This document shows, one piece after another, positions 50,321 through 59,627 of a DNA stretch of 64,000 nucleotides. Both the position numbers and the translations under genes were made by a program. The DNA is from an uncultured Candidatus Binatia bacterium (GTDB taxonomy: Bacteria > Desulfobacterota > Binatia > UBA9968 > JAJDTQ01). The notes below the pieces were generated by a model that searched no databases, had not been told where the DNA came from, and saw only the letters and a list, made by a program, of their open reading frames with translations. The first letter of the stretch is position 1. The number at the start of each line of letters is the position of its first letter. The stretch spans positions 2,624,001 to 2,688,000 of the forward strand of contig OZ251459.1 of assembly GCA_965242525.1 (NCBI GenBank), written 5' to 3'.

Positions 50321-52552
50321 ATGAGCGCGGTCAAGGCTGACGAAAAGTTGGCGGAGACGCTCCGTTCCGACGAACGGAAGCGGCGCAGGCGCGAAGGGTG
50401 GGTGATTTTCGCCGCCACCCTGGTGATACTGCTGTTCGCCTACTCCGAGGTGTTCCTGCCGGGCCTGCCCGCGGACTACGGCTTCTTCGGCAACGCCGCG
50501 GTCTTCCTGCTGTTCAACCTCAACATCCTCCTGCTGGTGCTGGTGGTCTTCCTCGTGGCCCGGAACCTGCTGAAGCTGGTCCTGGACCGGCGGCGGCGGA
50601 TCCTGGGGTCCCGTATCCAGATCCGGCTCGTGCTGGCCTTCGTCTGCATCGCGCTGGCGCCCACCGTGACGCTGTTCGTGCTGGCCGAGAGCTTCGTGAC
50701 GCGGGCGGTGGACAAGTGGTTCGACTCGCAGATCGTCAACGCCCTCAGGAACTCCCTCGACATCACCGAGACCTACTACGAGAACTCGGCCGGCAACGCC
50801 CTTTTCTTCGCCCGGCAGATCAGCGGGCGCGTCGGCGGCGCGGAGCTACTGGACCCCGGCAAGCTCGACGAGTTGCAGCGCCTCGTCGAGGACAAGCAGA
50901 AGGAGTACGGCCTGGGCACTGTGGAGATCTACCGGCCGGACGGGGCCGCGGTGGTGAAGGCGTTCAACGACCAGGTGCCCACCGGGGTTACGGTGAGCCC
51001 CCAGGCGGACTTCCTCAAACGCGCGCTCCGGGGCCTGGAGGCCACCCGCGTCCAGCCCTTGGGCGAGGGCGACGTGCTGCGCGGCGCGGTGCCGGTGTAC
51101 GGCGAGGGCCGACGGATCATCGGGGTCGTGGCGGTGGACTACTTCGTGCCCCGGAGCATCAGCAGGAAGGCGCAGCAGGTATCCCGCTCGTACGAGGAGC
51201 ACAAGGATCTGGCGGTGCTCAAGGAACCGGTGAAGCGGACCTACATCACGACCCTGCTGCTCATCACCCTGACGATGATCTTTGCGGCCACCTGGTTCGG
51301 CCTCGCGCTGGCCAAGGGCATCACCGTGCCCATCCGCCAGCTCGCGGAAGGCACCCACGAAGTGGCCCAGGGCAACCTGGATCATCGTATCGAGGCCGGC
51401 GGAGACGACGAGTTCGGCGCGCTGGTGGCCTCCTTCAACCGCATGACCGAGGACCTCGAGCATACCCACTCCGAGTTGGACCGGCGGCGGCGCTACATGG
51501 AGACGCTGCTGGCCAACATCACCGCGGGGGTGGTCTCCGTGGACTGGTCCGGCCGCGTGAACATCGTCAACAAGGCGGCCGAGATGACGCTGGGGATCCG
51601 GGCGCCGGAGGTGCTCCACCGGCCCTACGACGAGGTGTTCCAGACCCCCAGGCTGCAACCCCTGCTCGACGTGGTCCGGGACGTGAGGGGGGGCGCCGGC
51701 GTGGAGCGCGACGTCCGCATCACGGGCAGGGACGGGAGCCTGACCCTCATGGTCGTCGCGGCGAGCCTCCAGGACGACGAAGGCAACACCCTCGGGGTCA
51801 TGGCGTTCATGGAGGACGTGACCGAGATCCAGAAGGTCCAACGCGTGGAGGCTTGGCGCGAGGCGGCTCGCCGCATCGCCCACGAGATCCGGAACCCGCT
51901 GACGCCCATCCAGCTTTCCGCCCAGCGGCTGCGCAAGCGCTACGGGAACCTGCCGGACGGGGACGGGGCGGTCCTCGACAAGTGCACTTCCACCATCATC
52001 CGGCAGGTGGAGGAGTTGAAGACCCTGGTGAACGAGTTCTCCAACTTCGCGCGGCTGCCCACGGCCCGGCTCGTCCCGGACGACCTCAACGCGGTGGTCC
52101 GGGAAGCGCTGGTGCTGTTCCGGGAAGGGCGCCGGGAGGTGGAGTTCGACTTTTCCGAGGACGCGGCGATTCCGCCCGTGGAGCTGGACCGCGACCAGAT
52201 CAAGCGCACCCTGTTCAACCTGCTGGACAACGCGGTGGCCTCCCTCGACGGCGCCGGACGGGTCGAGGTCGCCACGCGGTTCGACGAGGCCTTCGACATG
52301 GTGCGGCTGGAGGTGGCGGACGAGGGCGGGGGCATCGCCCGGGAAGACCGGGGCCGGATCTTCGAACCCTACTACTCGAGCAAGGAGGACGGCACCGGAC
52401 TCGGCCTGTCCATCGTCGGGACCATCGTGGCCGACCACCGAGGATACATCCGCGTGCGCGAGAACCAGCCCCGGGGCACGCGCTTCATCATCGAGCTTCC
52501 CGCGGCAACGCCCGGGGCCGCCGTGGAGGCGAGGGCCAGCAAGGCGTCGTGA
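50321..52552 (+). CDS. ntrY: NtrY-like sensor histidine kinase (TM-HAMP-PAS-HisKA-HATPase)
   Basis: AWREAARRIAHEIRNPLTPIQLSAQRL H-box, NLLDNA, D.G.G, GTGLGL; HAMP DEFGALVASFNRM. Confidence 0.9.
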   Translation: MSAVKADEKLAETLRSDERKRRRREGWVIFAATLVILLFAYSEVFLPGLPADYGFFGNAAVFLLFNLNILLLVLVVFLVARNLLKLVLDRRRRILGSRIQIRLVLAFVCIALAPTVTLFVLAESFVTRAVDKWFDSQIVNALRNSLDITETYYENSAGNALFFARQISGRVGGAELLDPGKLDELQRLVEDKQKEYGLGTVEIYRPDGAAVVKAFNDQVPTGVTVSPQADFLKRALRGLEATRVQPLGEGDVLRGAVPVYGEGRRIIGVVAVDYFVPRSISRKAQQVSRSYEEHKDLAVLKEPVKRTYITTLLLITLTMIFAATWFGLALAKGITVPIRQLAEGTHEVAQGNLDHRIEAGGDDEFGALVASFNRMTEDLEHTHSELDRRRRYMETLLANITAGVVSVDWSGRVNIVNKAAEMTLGIRAPEVLHRPYDEVFQTPRLQPLLDVVRDVRGGAGVERDVRITGRDGSLTLMVVAASLQDDEGNTLGVMAFMEDVTEIQKVQRVEAWREAARRIAHEIRNPLTPIQLSAQRLRKRYGNLPDGDGAVLDKCTSTIIRQVEELKTLVNEFSNFARLPTARLVPDDLNAVVREALVLFREGRREVEFDFSEDAAIPPVELDRDQIKRTLFNLLDNAVASLDGAGRVEVATRFDEAFDMVRLEVADEGGGIAREDRGRIFEPYYSSKEDGTGLGLSIVGTIVADHRGYIRVRENQPRGTRFIIELPAATPGAAVEARASKAS

Positions 52553-52587
52553 CCGGCGCCGGACGATAAGAACCACGGGGGGACGCC

Positions 52588-53931
52588 ATGCAGTCGGAGC
52601 AGAAAACGGTGCTGGTGGTGGACGACGAGGACGGCATCCGCGAGACCGTGCGCGAGATCCTGGCCGACGAGGGTTACCGCGTGGTCGCCGCTCCCGATGC
52701 GAGGGAGGTCCCGGACTTGGTGGCCGCAGAGGCCCCGGACGTGATCCTCCTGGACGTGTGGATGCCGGAGCTGGACGGCATCACGCTCCTCAGGCGCATC
52801 CGGCGGGAGCGTCCGGAGGCCCGGGTCATCATGATTTCCGGTCACGGGAGCATCCACACCGCGGTGGCCGCAACCCGGCTGGGAGCTTTCGACTTCATCG
52901 AGAAACCGTTTTCCCTGGACGGGTTGCTGGCCGCGGTCGAGCGGGCTTGCGGCGACCCCAGGCGGCGCGAGGACCCCGCGGCGGTGGAGGACCTGCAGGC
53001 TCGTCGGCTCCGGGCGGCGGGGCCGTCCGGCCCGGGGGAGGGCGGCCGCGGCGCGCCCCAGAAGACCATCGGGAAGAGCGTGGTGGCGTGCGGCCTGGGG
53101 CTGCATTCCGGCGTCAGCACGGGCGTCATCCTGCATCCGTTGCCGGAGGACAGCGGCATCCAGTTCGGCGGCATCTCCACGGACGCCACCGTGCCGGCGC
53201 ACCTGGACTGCGTGCGCTCCACCGAGTTCGCCACCTCGCTGCAACGGGGCGGGGTGGTGGTAGGCACCGTGGAGCACCTGCTGGCCGCCCTCCACGCCTA
53301 TGGCATCACCAACCTGCTCATCAAGATGTACGGCGAGATCCCCATCATGGACGGTTCCGCCATCGAGTTCTGCCGGTTGATCGAGGAGGCCGGGGTGGAG
53401 GAGCAGCGCGGGGAATGCCCGGAGATCGTCATCGACCGGACCTTTCGCGTGCGCGGGGACGGCCCGGAAGAGATCGTCGTCGAACCCGCGGACCGCTTCA
53501 CCGTCCACTACGAGTTGCAGTACCCGAGCCCGGTGGGGACCCAGGAACACACCTACGTCCACTACGGGGCGGACTCGTTCCGCGACGAGATCGCCCCCGC
53601 CCGGACCTTCGGTTTCCTGCGGGACTTCGGGAAGCTCGAGGGCATGGGCCTGATCAAGGGGGGCCGGCTGGGCAACTGCATCCTCGTGGACGACGAGAAG
53701 GTGGTCAACACTTCGCTCCGGTTCGAGGACGAGTTCGCGCGTCACAAGATCCTGGACATCGTGGGGGACTTCTCGCTCATCGGCCGCCCCGTGCGCGGCC
53801 GCGTGACCGCCCGGATGACCGGCCACGCGGACAACATCGCGCTCTTGCGGCAGGTGGCCGAGGCCTTCGGTTCCCCGGAACCCCGTTCCGCTTCGGCGGC
53901 TCGTCCGTCCGCGGATACGCTGTCCCCTTGA
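52588..53931 (+). CDS. lpxC: Receiver domain fused to UDP-3-O-acyl-GlcNAc deacetylase
   Basis: REC: VLVVDDE, LLDVWMP, MISGHG, FIEKPF; LpxC: QKTI..GLGLHSG, TVEHLLAAL, EIPIMDGSA, EIAPARTFGF, RHKILDIVGD, GH..N. Confidence 0.92.
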   Translation: MQSEQKTVLVVDDEDGIRETVREILADEGYRVVAAPDAREVPDLVAAEAPDVILLDVWMPELDGITLLRRIRRERPEARVIMISGHGSIHTAVAATRLGAFDFIEKPFSLDGLLAAVERACGDPRRREDPAAVEDLQARRLRAAGPSGPGEGGRGAPQKTIGKSVVACGLGLHSGVSTGVILHPLPEDSGIQFGGISTDATVPAHLDCVRSTEFATSLQRGGVVVGTVEHLLAALHAYGITNLLIKMYGEIPIMDGSAIEFCRLIEEAGVEEQRGECPEIVIDRTFRVRGDGPEEIVVEPADRFTVHYELQYPSPVGTQEHTYVHYGADSFRDEIAPARTFGFLRDFGKLEGMGLIKGGRLGNCILVDDEKVVNTSLRFEDEFARHKILDIVGDFSLIGRPVRGRVTARMTGHADNIALLRQVAEAFGSPEPRSASAARPSADTLSP

Positions 53932-53948
53932 CGGGGTCGGCTCGTCCC

Positions 53949-54347
53949 CTATTCGAACCCGAGCAGGCGCGCGTAGGTTTGCGGCAGGGGGATGAGCTTG
54001 CGGTCGCGGCCGAGGCAGGCGTGTTTGGTCCAGCCCGTTGCGATGGCGGCGCGGTCCGCTTCCCGACCGATCCGGTAGTGGAACTTCAGCGCCACGCGGT
54101 TCAGCGATTCGACCGTGGTCTCGATCCGCAGCAGGTCGTCGTAGCGGGCCGGCCTGCGGTAACGGCATTGCGCCTCGGTGACCGGGAAGAAGACGCCGTC
54201 TTCCTCGGCTCGCCGGTAGGGTATGCCGGCTTCGCGCATGAGCTCGGTCCTGCCGACCTCGAACCAGCGAAGGTAGTGGGCGTAGTAGGCCACTCCCATC
54301 TGGTCCGTGTCGCCGTAGATGACGCGGTAGGCGGTGACGTTCTTCAC
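53949..54347 (-). CDS. YbgC/FadM-family acyl-CoA thioesterase
   Basis: RVIYGDTDQMGVAYYAHYLRWFEVGRTE, PARYDD; start uncertain. Confidence 0.88.
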   Translation of the reverse strand: MKNVTAYRVIYGDTDQMGVAYYAHYLRWFEVGRTELMREAGIPYRRAEEDGVFFPVTEAQCRYRRPARYDDLLRIETTVESLNRVALKFHYRIGREADRAAIATGWTKHACLGRDRKLIPLPQTYARLLGFE

Positions 54348-54384
54348 GTGCGGAGGAGGCTCTCCCCGCGGGTCCCGGCGGCGT

Positions 54385-55308
54385 TCAGTGGTCCGCTTTC
54401 CCGCCCCGCGGGCCGGGTTGGTTGAAGTCCCAGCGGTCACGGCTGGCCACCCGGACTTCCATCGAGCCGTCGCCCCGGAGGACATGGAAGTTGACCGGGT
54501 CTCCGGCTTGCTTCTTCCAGAGCTCCCGGTAGAGCTGGGGCCGGGTCTGCACCTCCCGGTCCTCGACCGTGAGGATGATGTCCCCCTGCCTGAGGCCGGC
54601 CTCTTCCGCGGGTCCCGAGGGCGTGACCCCGGTCACCACCACGTGGCCTTCCACCCCCTGGGGATGGAAGCCGAGCCAGGGTCGCGGCGGCCGGCTGCGG
54701 ACCCGCCCGAACCGTTTCAGTTCGTCCGCGTCCCGGAGGTAGTACTCCACCGGGATGGCCAGTGTGAACTTGGCGATCTCGTTCAGGTTCAGGGACACCA
54801 CGCCCAGGAGACGGCCCCGGGAGTCGGCCAGCGTGCCGCCGCCGAAGCCCGGGTTGAACGCGCTCAGCCGGATGGAGCGTTCGAGCAGGTACTCCCACTG
54901 GGCGTCGTAGCCTTCCAGGGAGGTGACGCAGCCATCGCTGACCCGTCGAGCCTGCTGGCCCCCGCTGGCGACCATGAACGCGGGTTGGCCGACGTTGACG
55001 GACTCCGCCGGCCGCAGGAACGGCAGGCCCCCGGCGTCGATCCTGACCAGGGCGAGGCCGGTGTCGAAGTCCTGCGCGGCCAGCCGGCCCGGGCGCCGTT
55101 TCCCGTCCGAGAGCGTCACGGTGATGGACTCGGCCCCGTTGACCACGTAGTTGACGGTCAGGATGACGCCGGTGGGATCGACGATGGTCCCGGAGCCCAT
55201 CCTCTCGGAGCCCAGGTTCCGCGCGGAAGGATGGCTCGACGGCACCCTCACGTCGAGGTCCACCGTGGCCGGCAGCACCGAATGTACCAGACCCAACCGT
55301 GCGTTCAC
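54385..55308 (-). CDS. HtrA-like trypsin-fold plus PDZ protein, catalytic triad degenerate
   Basis: GSG.IVD..G.ILT, PWLG, GPAEEAGLRQGD PDZ; His, Asp and Ser positions substituted. Confidence 0.8.
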   Translation of the reverse strand: MNARLGLVHSVLPATVDLDVRVPSSHPSARNLGSERMGSGTIVDPTGVILTVNYVVNGAESITVTLSDGKRRPGRLAAQDFDTGLALVRIDAGGLPFLRPAESVNVGQPAFMVASGGQQARRVSDGCVTSLEGYDAQWEYLLERSIRLSAFNPGFGGGTLADSRGRLLGVVSLNLNEIAKFTLAIPVEYYLRDADELKRFGRVRSRPPRPWLGFHPQGVEGHVVVTGVTPSGPAEEAGLRQGDIILTVEDREVQTRPQLYRELWKKQAGDPVNFHVLRGDGSMEVRVASRDRWDFNQPGPRGGKADH

Positions 55309-55372
55309 GCGCAACCTCCCACTTTCCCGCAGGGAGAGGGAATTCAAGCCGGAATCGCCCGGAGTTCCACGA

Positions 55373-55499
55373 GGAAACCCTGAACGATGGAGCCGTGGAC
55401 GGGGGATTCCCTCACGCGGCCCTCCCGTCCCCGTTCGTCCTGAGCGTAGCGAAGCGGAGTCGAAGGACGCGCCCTTCCTCCGGGATCTTTCAAGGTTCC
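55373..55499. mobile_element. Degenerate MITE family A copy
   Basis: GGAAACCCTGAACGAT...REP unit...TCAAGGTTCC; no clear TSD. Confidence 0.55.
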
Positions 55500-55650
55500 C
55501 TTAACAGAATCGGCGTGGGTCCACAAGGTTCCGCACTCCGGGGTCCGGGTCCGCGGGGCTTCGGGCCGTTTGGCGGGGCCGGCGGCAAGTAGCCGGAACA
55601 ACGGGGCTTTCGTCGTGCCCGGCGTTTGACAAAGAGGCCGGCCGGCGGGT

Positions 55651-56196
55651 ATGAAGACCGTTTCGACGGGGGTTGCCTTGAGGATTGCATTGGCCCGGAT
55701 CGACGCCGTACCCAGGGAAAGCCGTTTCTCCGAGACCCTGGACTTGGCCCGGGATGACGTTTCGGCAGGGGTGCGCTTTCCCTCGCCCATACAGGTGAAC
55801 GTGAGCTGCTACCGGTCGGGCCGGGAGATCTTCTTCCGCGGCGGACTCAGGGGCGAAGCGGAGGGGGATTGCAGCCGTTGCCTGGAGAGCTTCCCGTTGG
55901 TCATCGAAAAAAGTTTCGACTTCGTGTTGACCCCGGACCCCCTTCCGACTAATAGAAACATGGAGCTCACCGCGGACGAGATGGGTTTGAGCTTCTACTC
56001 CGGCGAGGACATCGACCTTTCGCCCTATGTCCGCGAGCAGGCGTTGCTTGCCTTGCCCCTGCGGCCGCTGTGCAGCGAAAGCTGCCGCGGACTTTGCCCC
56101 GACTGCGGCGCCGAGTTGAACCGGGATCCCTGCGGGTGCACGCCGCCCGGGGACCCCCGTATGGCGGTTTTTCGCAACCTCCGGTTGGACCGGTAG
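55651..56196 (+). CDS. yceD: YceD/DUF177 protein
   Basis: CSRCL, IDL...VREQ.LL.LP..PLC.E.C.GLCP.CG..LN, DPR; precedes rpmF. Confidence 0.9.
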   Translation: MKTVSTGVALRIALARIDAVPRESRFSETLDLARDDVSAGVRFPSPIQVNVSCYRSGREIFFRGGLRGEAEGDCSRCLESFPLVIEKSFDFVLTPDPLPTNRNMELTADEMGLSFYSGEDIDLSPYVREQALLALPLRPLCSESCRGLCPDCGAELNRDPCGCTPPGDPRMAVFRNLRLDR

Positions 56197-56243
56197 CGCC
56201 GGCGGGCGCCGGAAACGACGAACAGGCAGGACGGATACCAGAC

Positions 56244-56426
56244 ATGCCCGTACCCAAGAGACGAACCTCCCCCAGCAAGCGAAACAAGCGCCGGTCCCAT
56301 GACGCCATTGCCGCGCCGCAGTGGATCACGTGCCCTCGTTGCGAGGAAGCGGTCCTGAGGCACAGGGTCTGCGCCAAGTGCGGCCACTACAGGTCCCGTT
56401 CCGTGACTCCCGGCGAAGAAACCTGA
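56244..56426 (+). CDS. rpmF: 50S ribosomal protein L32 (Zn-ribbon type)
   Basis: MPVPKRRTS.SKR..RRSH, CPRC, HRVC..CG.Y. Confidence 0.96.
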   Translation: MPVPKRRTSPSKRNKRRSHDAIAAPQWITCPRCEEAVLRHRVCAKCGHYRSRSVTPGEET

Positions 56427-56442
56427 AGCCGCCTGTTGCCTG

Positions 56443-57474
56443 GTGATGCGGCGGGTTATCGTTGACGGGATGGGCGGTGACCACGGCCCGGGTGTCGTCG
56501 TAGCGGGGGCGCTGCAAGCTGCGAAGGAATACGGGGTGGAGGTCACCCTGGTGAGCGAATCGGGCGCGGTGGAATCCGAGTTGTCGCGCCATTCGTTCGA
56601 CCCGTCGTCCGTGCGCGTCCTGTCCGCGGCCGCCTCCATCGGCATGCACGACTCGCCGAGCCGTGCGCTGAAGCGCAAGGACTCCTCCATGCGGGTCGCC
56701 TTCGACCGCCTGAAGGCGGGTGAAGGCGACGCGGTGGTGAGCGCCGGGAACTCCGGGGCGATGATGGCCATCGGCATGTTCGTGCTGGGACGGTTGCCCG
56801 GGGTGGACCGGCCCGCCATCCTGACGGTCAGCCCCTCCCTTTCCGGCGGCACGGTCCTCCTGGACGGGGGGGCCAATACCGACTGCAAGCCGCGGCAGTT
56901 GGCGCAGTTCGCACGGATGGGCGCCATCTACGCGGAGAAGATCCTCGGAGTCCCGCGGCCCCGGGTGGGCATCCTGAGCAACGGCGAGGAGGACGAGAAG
57001 GGCAACGACCTCACGCGGGAGGCGGTCCGCGAGTTGCGGGCCACGGAGTTGAACTTCGCGGGCCACGTGGAGGGCCGGGACATTGCCAACGGCCGAGTTG
57101 ACGTGGTGGTCTGCGACGGCTTCACCGGCAACGTGGCGTTGAAGACCATGGAGGGACTCGGACAGTTCGTCTCCTCGGTCCTGAAGGAGGCGTTCCGCAG
57201 CAGCCTGCTCAGCCGGCTGGGGTTCCTGTTGTGCCGGCGGGCGGTGCGGCGCGCCTACGACCGCCTCGATTATGCGCACTACGGCGGCGCGCCCCTGATC
57301 GGCCTGGACGGCGTCGCCATCGTGGCCCACGGCGGCTCGTCCGCCAAGGCCATCAAGAACGCCGTGCGGGTGGCGGCCGAAGCCGTCTCCCAGGACATCA
57401 ACGGCTACATCGTGAACGCGTTGGAGCGTGCGCCGGAGCCTCGCGAGCGGACGGATGGCTCCGGTCACGCCTGA
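56443..57474 (+). CDS. plsX: Phosphate acyltransferase
   Basis: DGMGGDHGP, SAGNSGA, DRPAI, DGGAN, NGEE..KG, CDGFTGN, HGGS. Confidence 0.96.
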   Translation: MMRRVIVDGMGGDHGPGVVVAGALQAAKEYGVEVTLVSESGAVESELSRHSFDPSSVRVLSAAASIGMHDSPSRALKRKDSSMRVAFDRLKAGEGDAVVSAGNSGAMMAIGMFVLGRLPGVDRPAILTVSPSLSGGTVLLDGGANTDCKPRQLAQFARMGAIYAEKILGVPRPRVGILSNGEEDEKGNDLTREAVRELRATELNFAGHVEGRDIANGRVDVVVCDGFTGNVALKTMEGLGQFVSSVLKEAFRSSLLSRLGFLLCRRAVRRAYDRLDYAHYGGAPLIGLDGVAIVAHGGSSAKAIKNAVRVAAEAVSQDINGYIVNALERAPEPRERTDGSGHA

Positions 57475-57483
57475 GTGGGGCTG

Positions 57484-58431
57484 ATGGCGGACCCGGGACG
57501 TATCGCGTTCGTCTTTCCCGGGCAGGGATCCCAGTACGTGGGCATGGGGAAGGCCCTGTGCGAGGGGTTCCCGGAGGCGAGGGCGGTCTTCGACGAGGCG
57601 GAGGACGCCCTGCGGATGGACCTCCGCAAGGTGTGCTTCGACGGTCCCGAGGCCGACCTGAACCGCACCGCTTGCACCCAACCCGCGATCCTCGCCGTGT
57701 CCGTGGCCGCGCTCCGGGTGCTCGAAGGACGTTGCCGGGCCAGGCCCTCGTGGGCGGCGGGACACAGCCTCGGCGAATACAGCGCCTTGGTGTGCGCGGG
57801 TGCGCTCCGGTTGGCGGACGCGGCGGCGGTGGTCCGGGAGCGGGGGCGGCTGATGCAGGAAGCCGTGCCCGAGGGCGCAGGGGGCATGGCGGCGGTCCTC
57901 GGTTTGGAAGCGTCGGTGGTGCGGGAGGTTTGCGAGCAGGCGGGGGGCGGGGAGGTGGTGGCTCCCGCCAACTTCAACGGCGGCGGGCAGGTGGTGGTTT
58001 CCGGCGCTCGCGAAGCGGTGCGGCGGGCGGCGCAACTGGCCCGGGACCGGGGCGCGCGGAAGGTGGTGGACCTCCCGGTGAGCGCTCCGTTCCACTGCGC
58101 GCTCATGGAGCCCGCGTCGGAGGGGTTGCGGGAGGTGCTGGAGGGAGTCGAGGTGCGGCCCTTCCGGGTGGGCGTCGTCACCAACGTGGAGGCGGCTTCG
58201 AACTCCGACCCGGAGCGTGTCAAACCCCTTCTGGTGGAGCAGGTGGCGGCCCCGGTCCGATGGGAGGAGTCGGTGGAGACCTTGGCCGGGCTGGGCTGCG
58301 AGTGCGCCGTGGAGCTGGGTCCGGGGAGGGTGTTGTCCGGGCTCATCCGGCGCATCGACCGGAGGATGAAGACCCTCCACATGGAACGGCCCGAGGACCT
58401 GGAAGGGGTGCTCGCGGAGTTGGGGGGCTGA
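57484..58431 (+). CDS. fabD: Malonyl-CoA:ACP transacylase
   Basis: FPGQGSQ, TQPAI, GHSLGEY, VSAPFH. Confidence 0.96.
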   Translation: MADPGRIAFVFPGQGSQYVGMGKALCEGFPEARAVFDEAEDALRMDLRKVCFDGPEADLNRTACTQPAILAVSVAALRVLEGRCRARPSWAAGHSLGEYSALVCAGALRLADAAAVVRERGRLMQEAVPEGAGGMAAVLGLEASVVREVCEQAGGGEVVAPANFNGGGQVVVSGAREAVRRAAQLARDRGARKVVDLPVSAPFHCALMEPASEGLREVLEGVEVRPFRVGVVTNVEAASNSDPERVKPLLVEQVAAPVRWEESVETLAGLGCECAVELGPGRVLSGLIRRIDRRMKTLHMERPEDLEGVLAELGG

Positions 58432-58434
58432 ACC

Positions 58435-59187
58435 GTGGCCGCGGGACCGCTGGCGGACAGGGTGGCCCTGGTCACGGGGGGCAGCAGGGGCATCGGGCGC
58501 GACCTCGCCCTGTGCCTGGCCCGCATGGGCGCCCGTGTGGTGGTCAACTACCGGGAGAACCGGGAGGCGGCCGAGGAGGTAGCCGAGCAGGTCCGGCGGG
58601 AGGACGGCGCCGCGGAGACGGCGCCCTTCGACGTGGCGCGCCAGGACCGGGTGGACCAGGCGGTCAAGGACATCGTTGACCGGCATGGAAAAATTGATAT
58701 TCTGGTCAACAATGCGGGGGTCGCGGTGGACGGCCTGCTGTTGCGCCAGAAGGCCGCCGATTGGGAAAGGATCATCGACGTCAATCTCAGGGGTGTCTTC
58801 CACTGCACCCGGGCGGCCAGCAGGAACATGGTTCGGCGGCGGTACGGCCGCATCGTCAACTTGGCCTCGGTGGCCGGACAGATGGGGAACGTGGGCCAGT
58901 CCATATACGCGGCGTCCAAGGCGGGCATCGTGGGGTTCACCAAGTCCATGGCCCGGGAGCTCGCCCCGCGCGGGATCACCGTCAACGCGGTTGCTCCCGG
59001 TTTCATCGAAACGGAGATGACCGCGGTCCTGGACGAGGACACGCGGAGCCGGTATCTCGACGCGATTCCCCTGGGCCGGTTCGGCAGCGGCGGCGACGTG
59101 GCCCTGACGGTGGCGTTTCTGGCAGGCCCCGGAGGGCAGTACATTACCGGACAGACCATCGGCGTCAACGGCGGCCTGTACATGTGA
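58435..59187 (+). CDS. fabG: 3-oxoacyl-ACP reductase
   Basis: [27 protein letters not shown]. Confidence 0.95.
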   Translation: MAAGPLADRVALVTGGSRGIGRDLALCLARMGARVVVNYRENREAAEEVAEQVRREDGAAETAPFDVARQDRVDQAVKDIVDRHGKIDILVNNAGVAVDGLLLRQKAADWERIIDVNLRGVFHCTRAASRNMVRRRYGRIVNLASVAGQMGNVGQSIYAASKAGIVGFTKSMARELAPRGITVNAVAPGFIETEMTAVLDEDTRSRYLDAIPLGRFGSGGDVALTVAFLAGPGGQYITGQTIGVNGGLYM

Positions 59188-59389
59188 CCCCGCCGCGGGA
59201 GCCGTGTTTCGAGCGGCTCTTCCGGCTTTTATGTATGTGGCAGGGTCCTGTGTGGGCAGGGTCTCACGGCATGGCGTCCCCTCCAGCTCAGGAGGGGATC
59301 GGAGTTTCCCGCCATGCCGAACCGAGGACGACGTGGTCGGAACGGGAGGGATTCGGAATCGGGCAGTGGTACGGAACAGGAGGTGCAAT

Positions 59390-59626
59390 ATGGCAACGGA
59401 CGTCGAGGCGAGGGTCAAGCAGATCATCAGCGAGCAATTGGGAGTGAGCGACGCGGAAGTCAGCCCCGAGGCTTCCTTCGTCGAAGACCTGGGAGCCGAT
59501 TCGCTGGACATCGTCGAGCTGGTGATGGCGTTGGAGGAAGAATACGAGATGGAGATCTCCGACGAGGACGCCGAGAAGATCAAGACGGTGCAGGACGTCA
59601 TCGAATACATCGAAAGCCACCGATAG
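59390..59626 (+). CDS. acpP: Acyl carrier protein
   Basis: [19 protein letters not shown]; AGGAGG RBS. Confidence 0.97.
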   Translation: MATDVEARVKQIISEQLGVSDAEVSPEASFVEDLGADSLDIVELVMALEEEYEMEISDEDAEKIKTVQDVIEYIESHR

Positions 59627-59627
59627 G

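Noticed and set aside
47081-59610. Very long antisense ORFs (47081-50278, 56326-59610, and similar ones elsewhere such as 27083-30031)
   Set aside because: Shadow frames of well-supported genes, expected in high-GC DNA.
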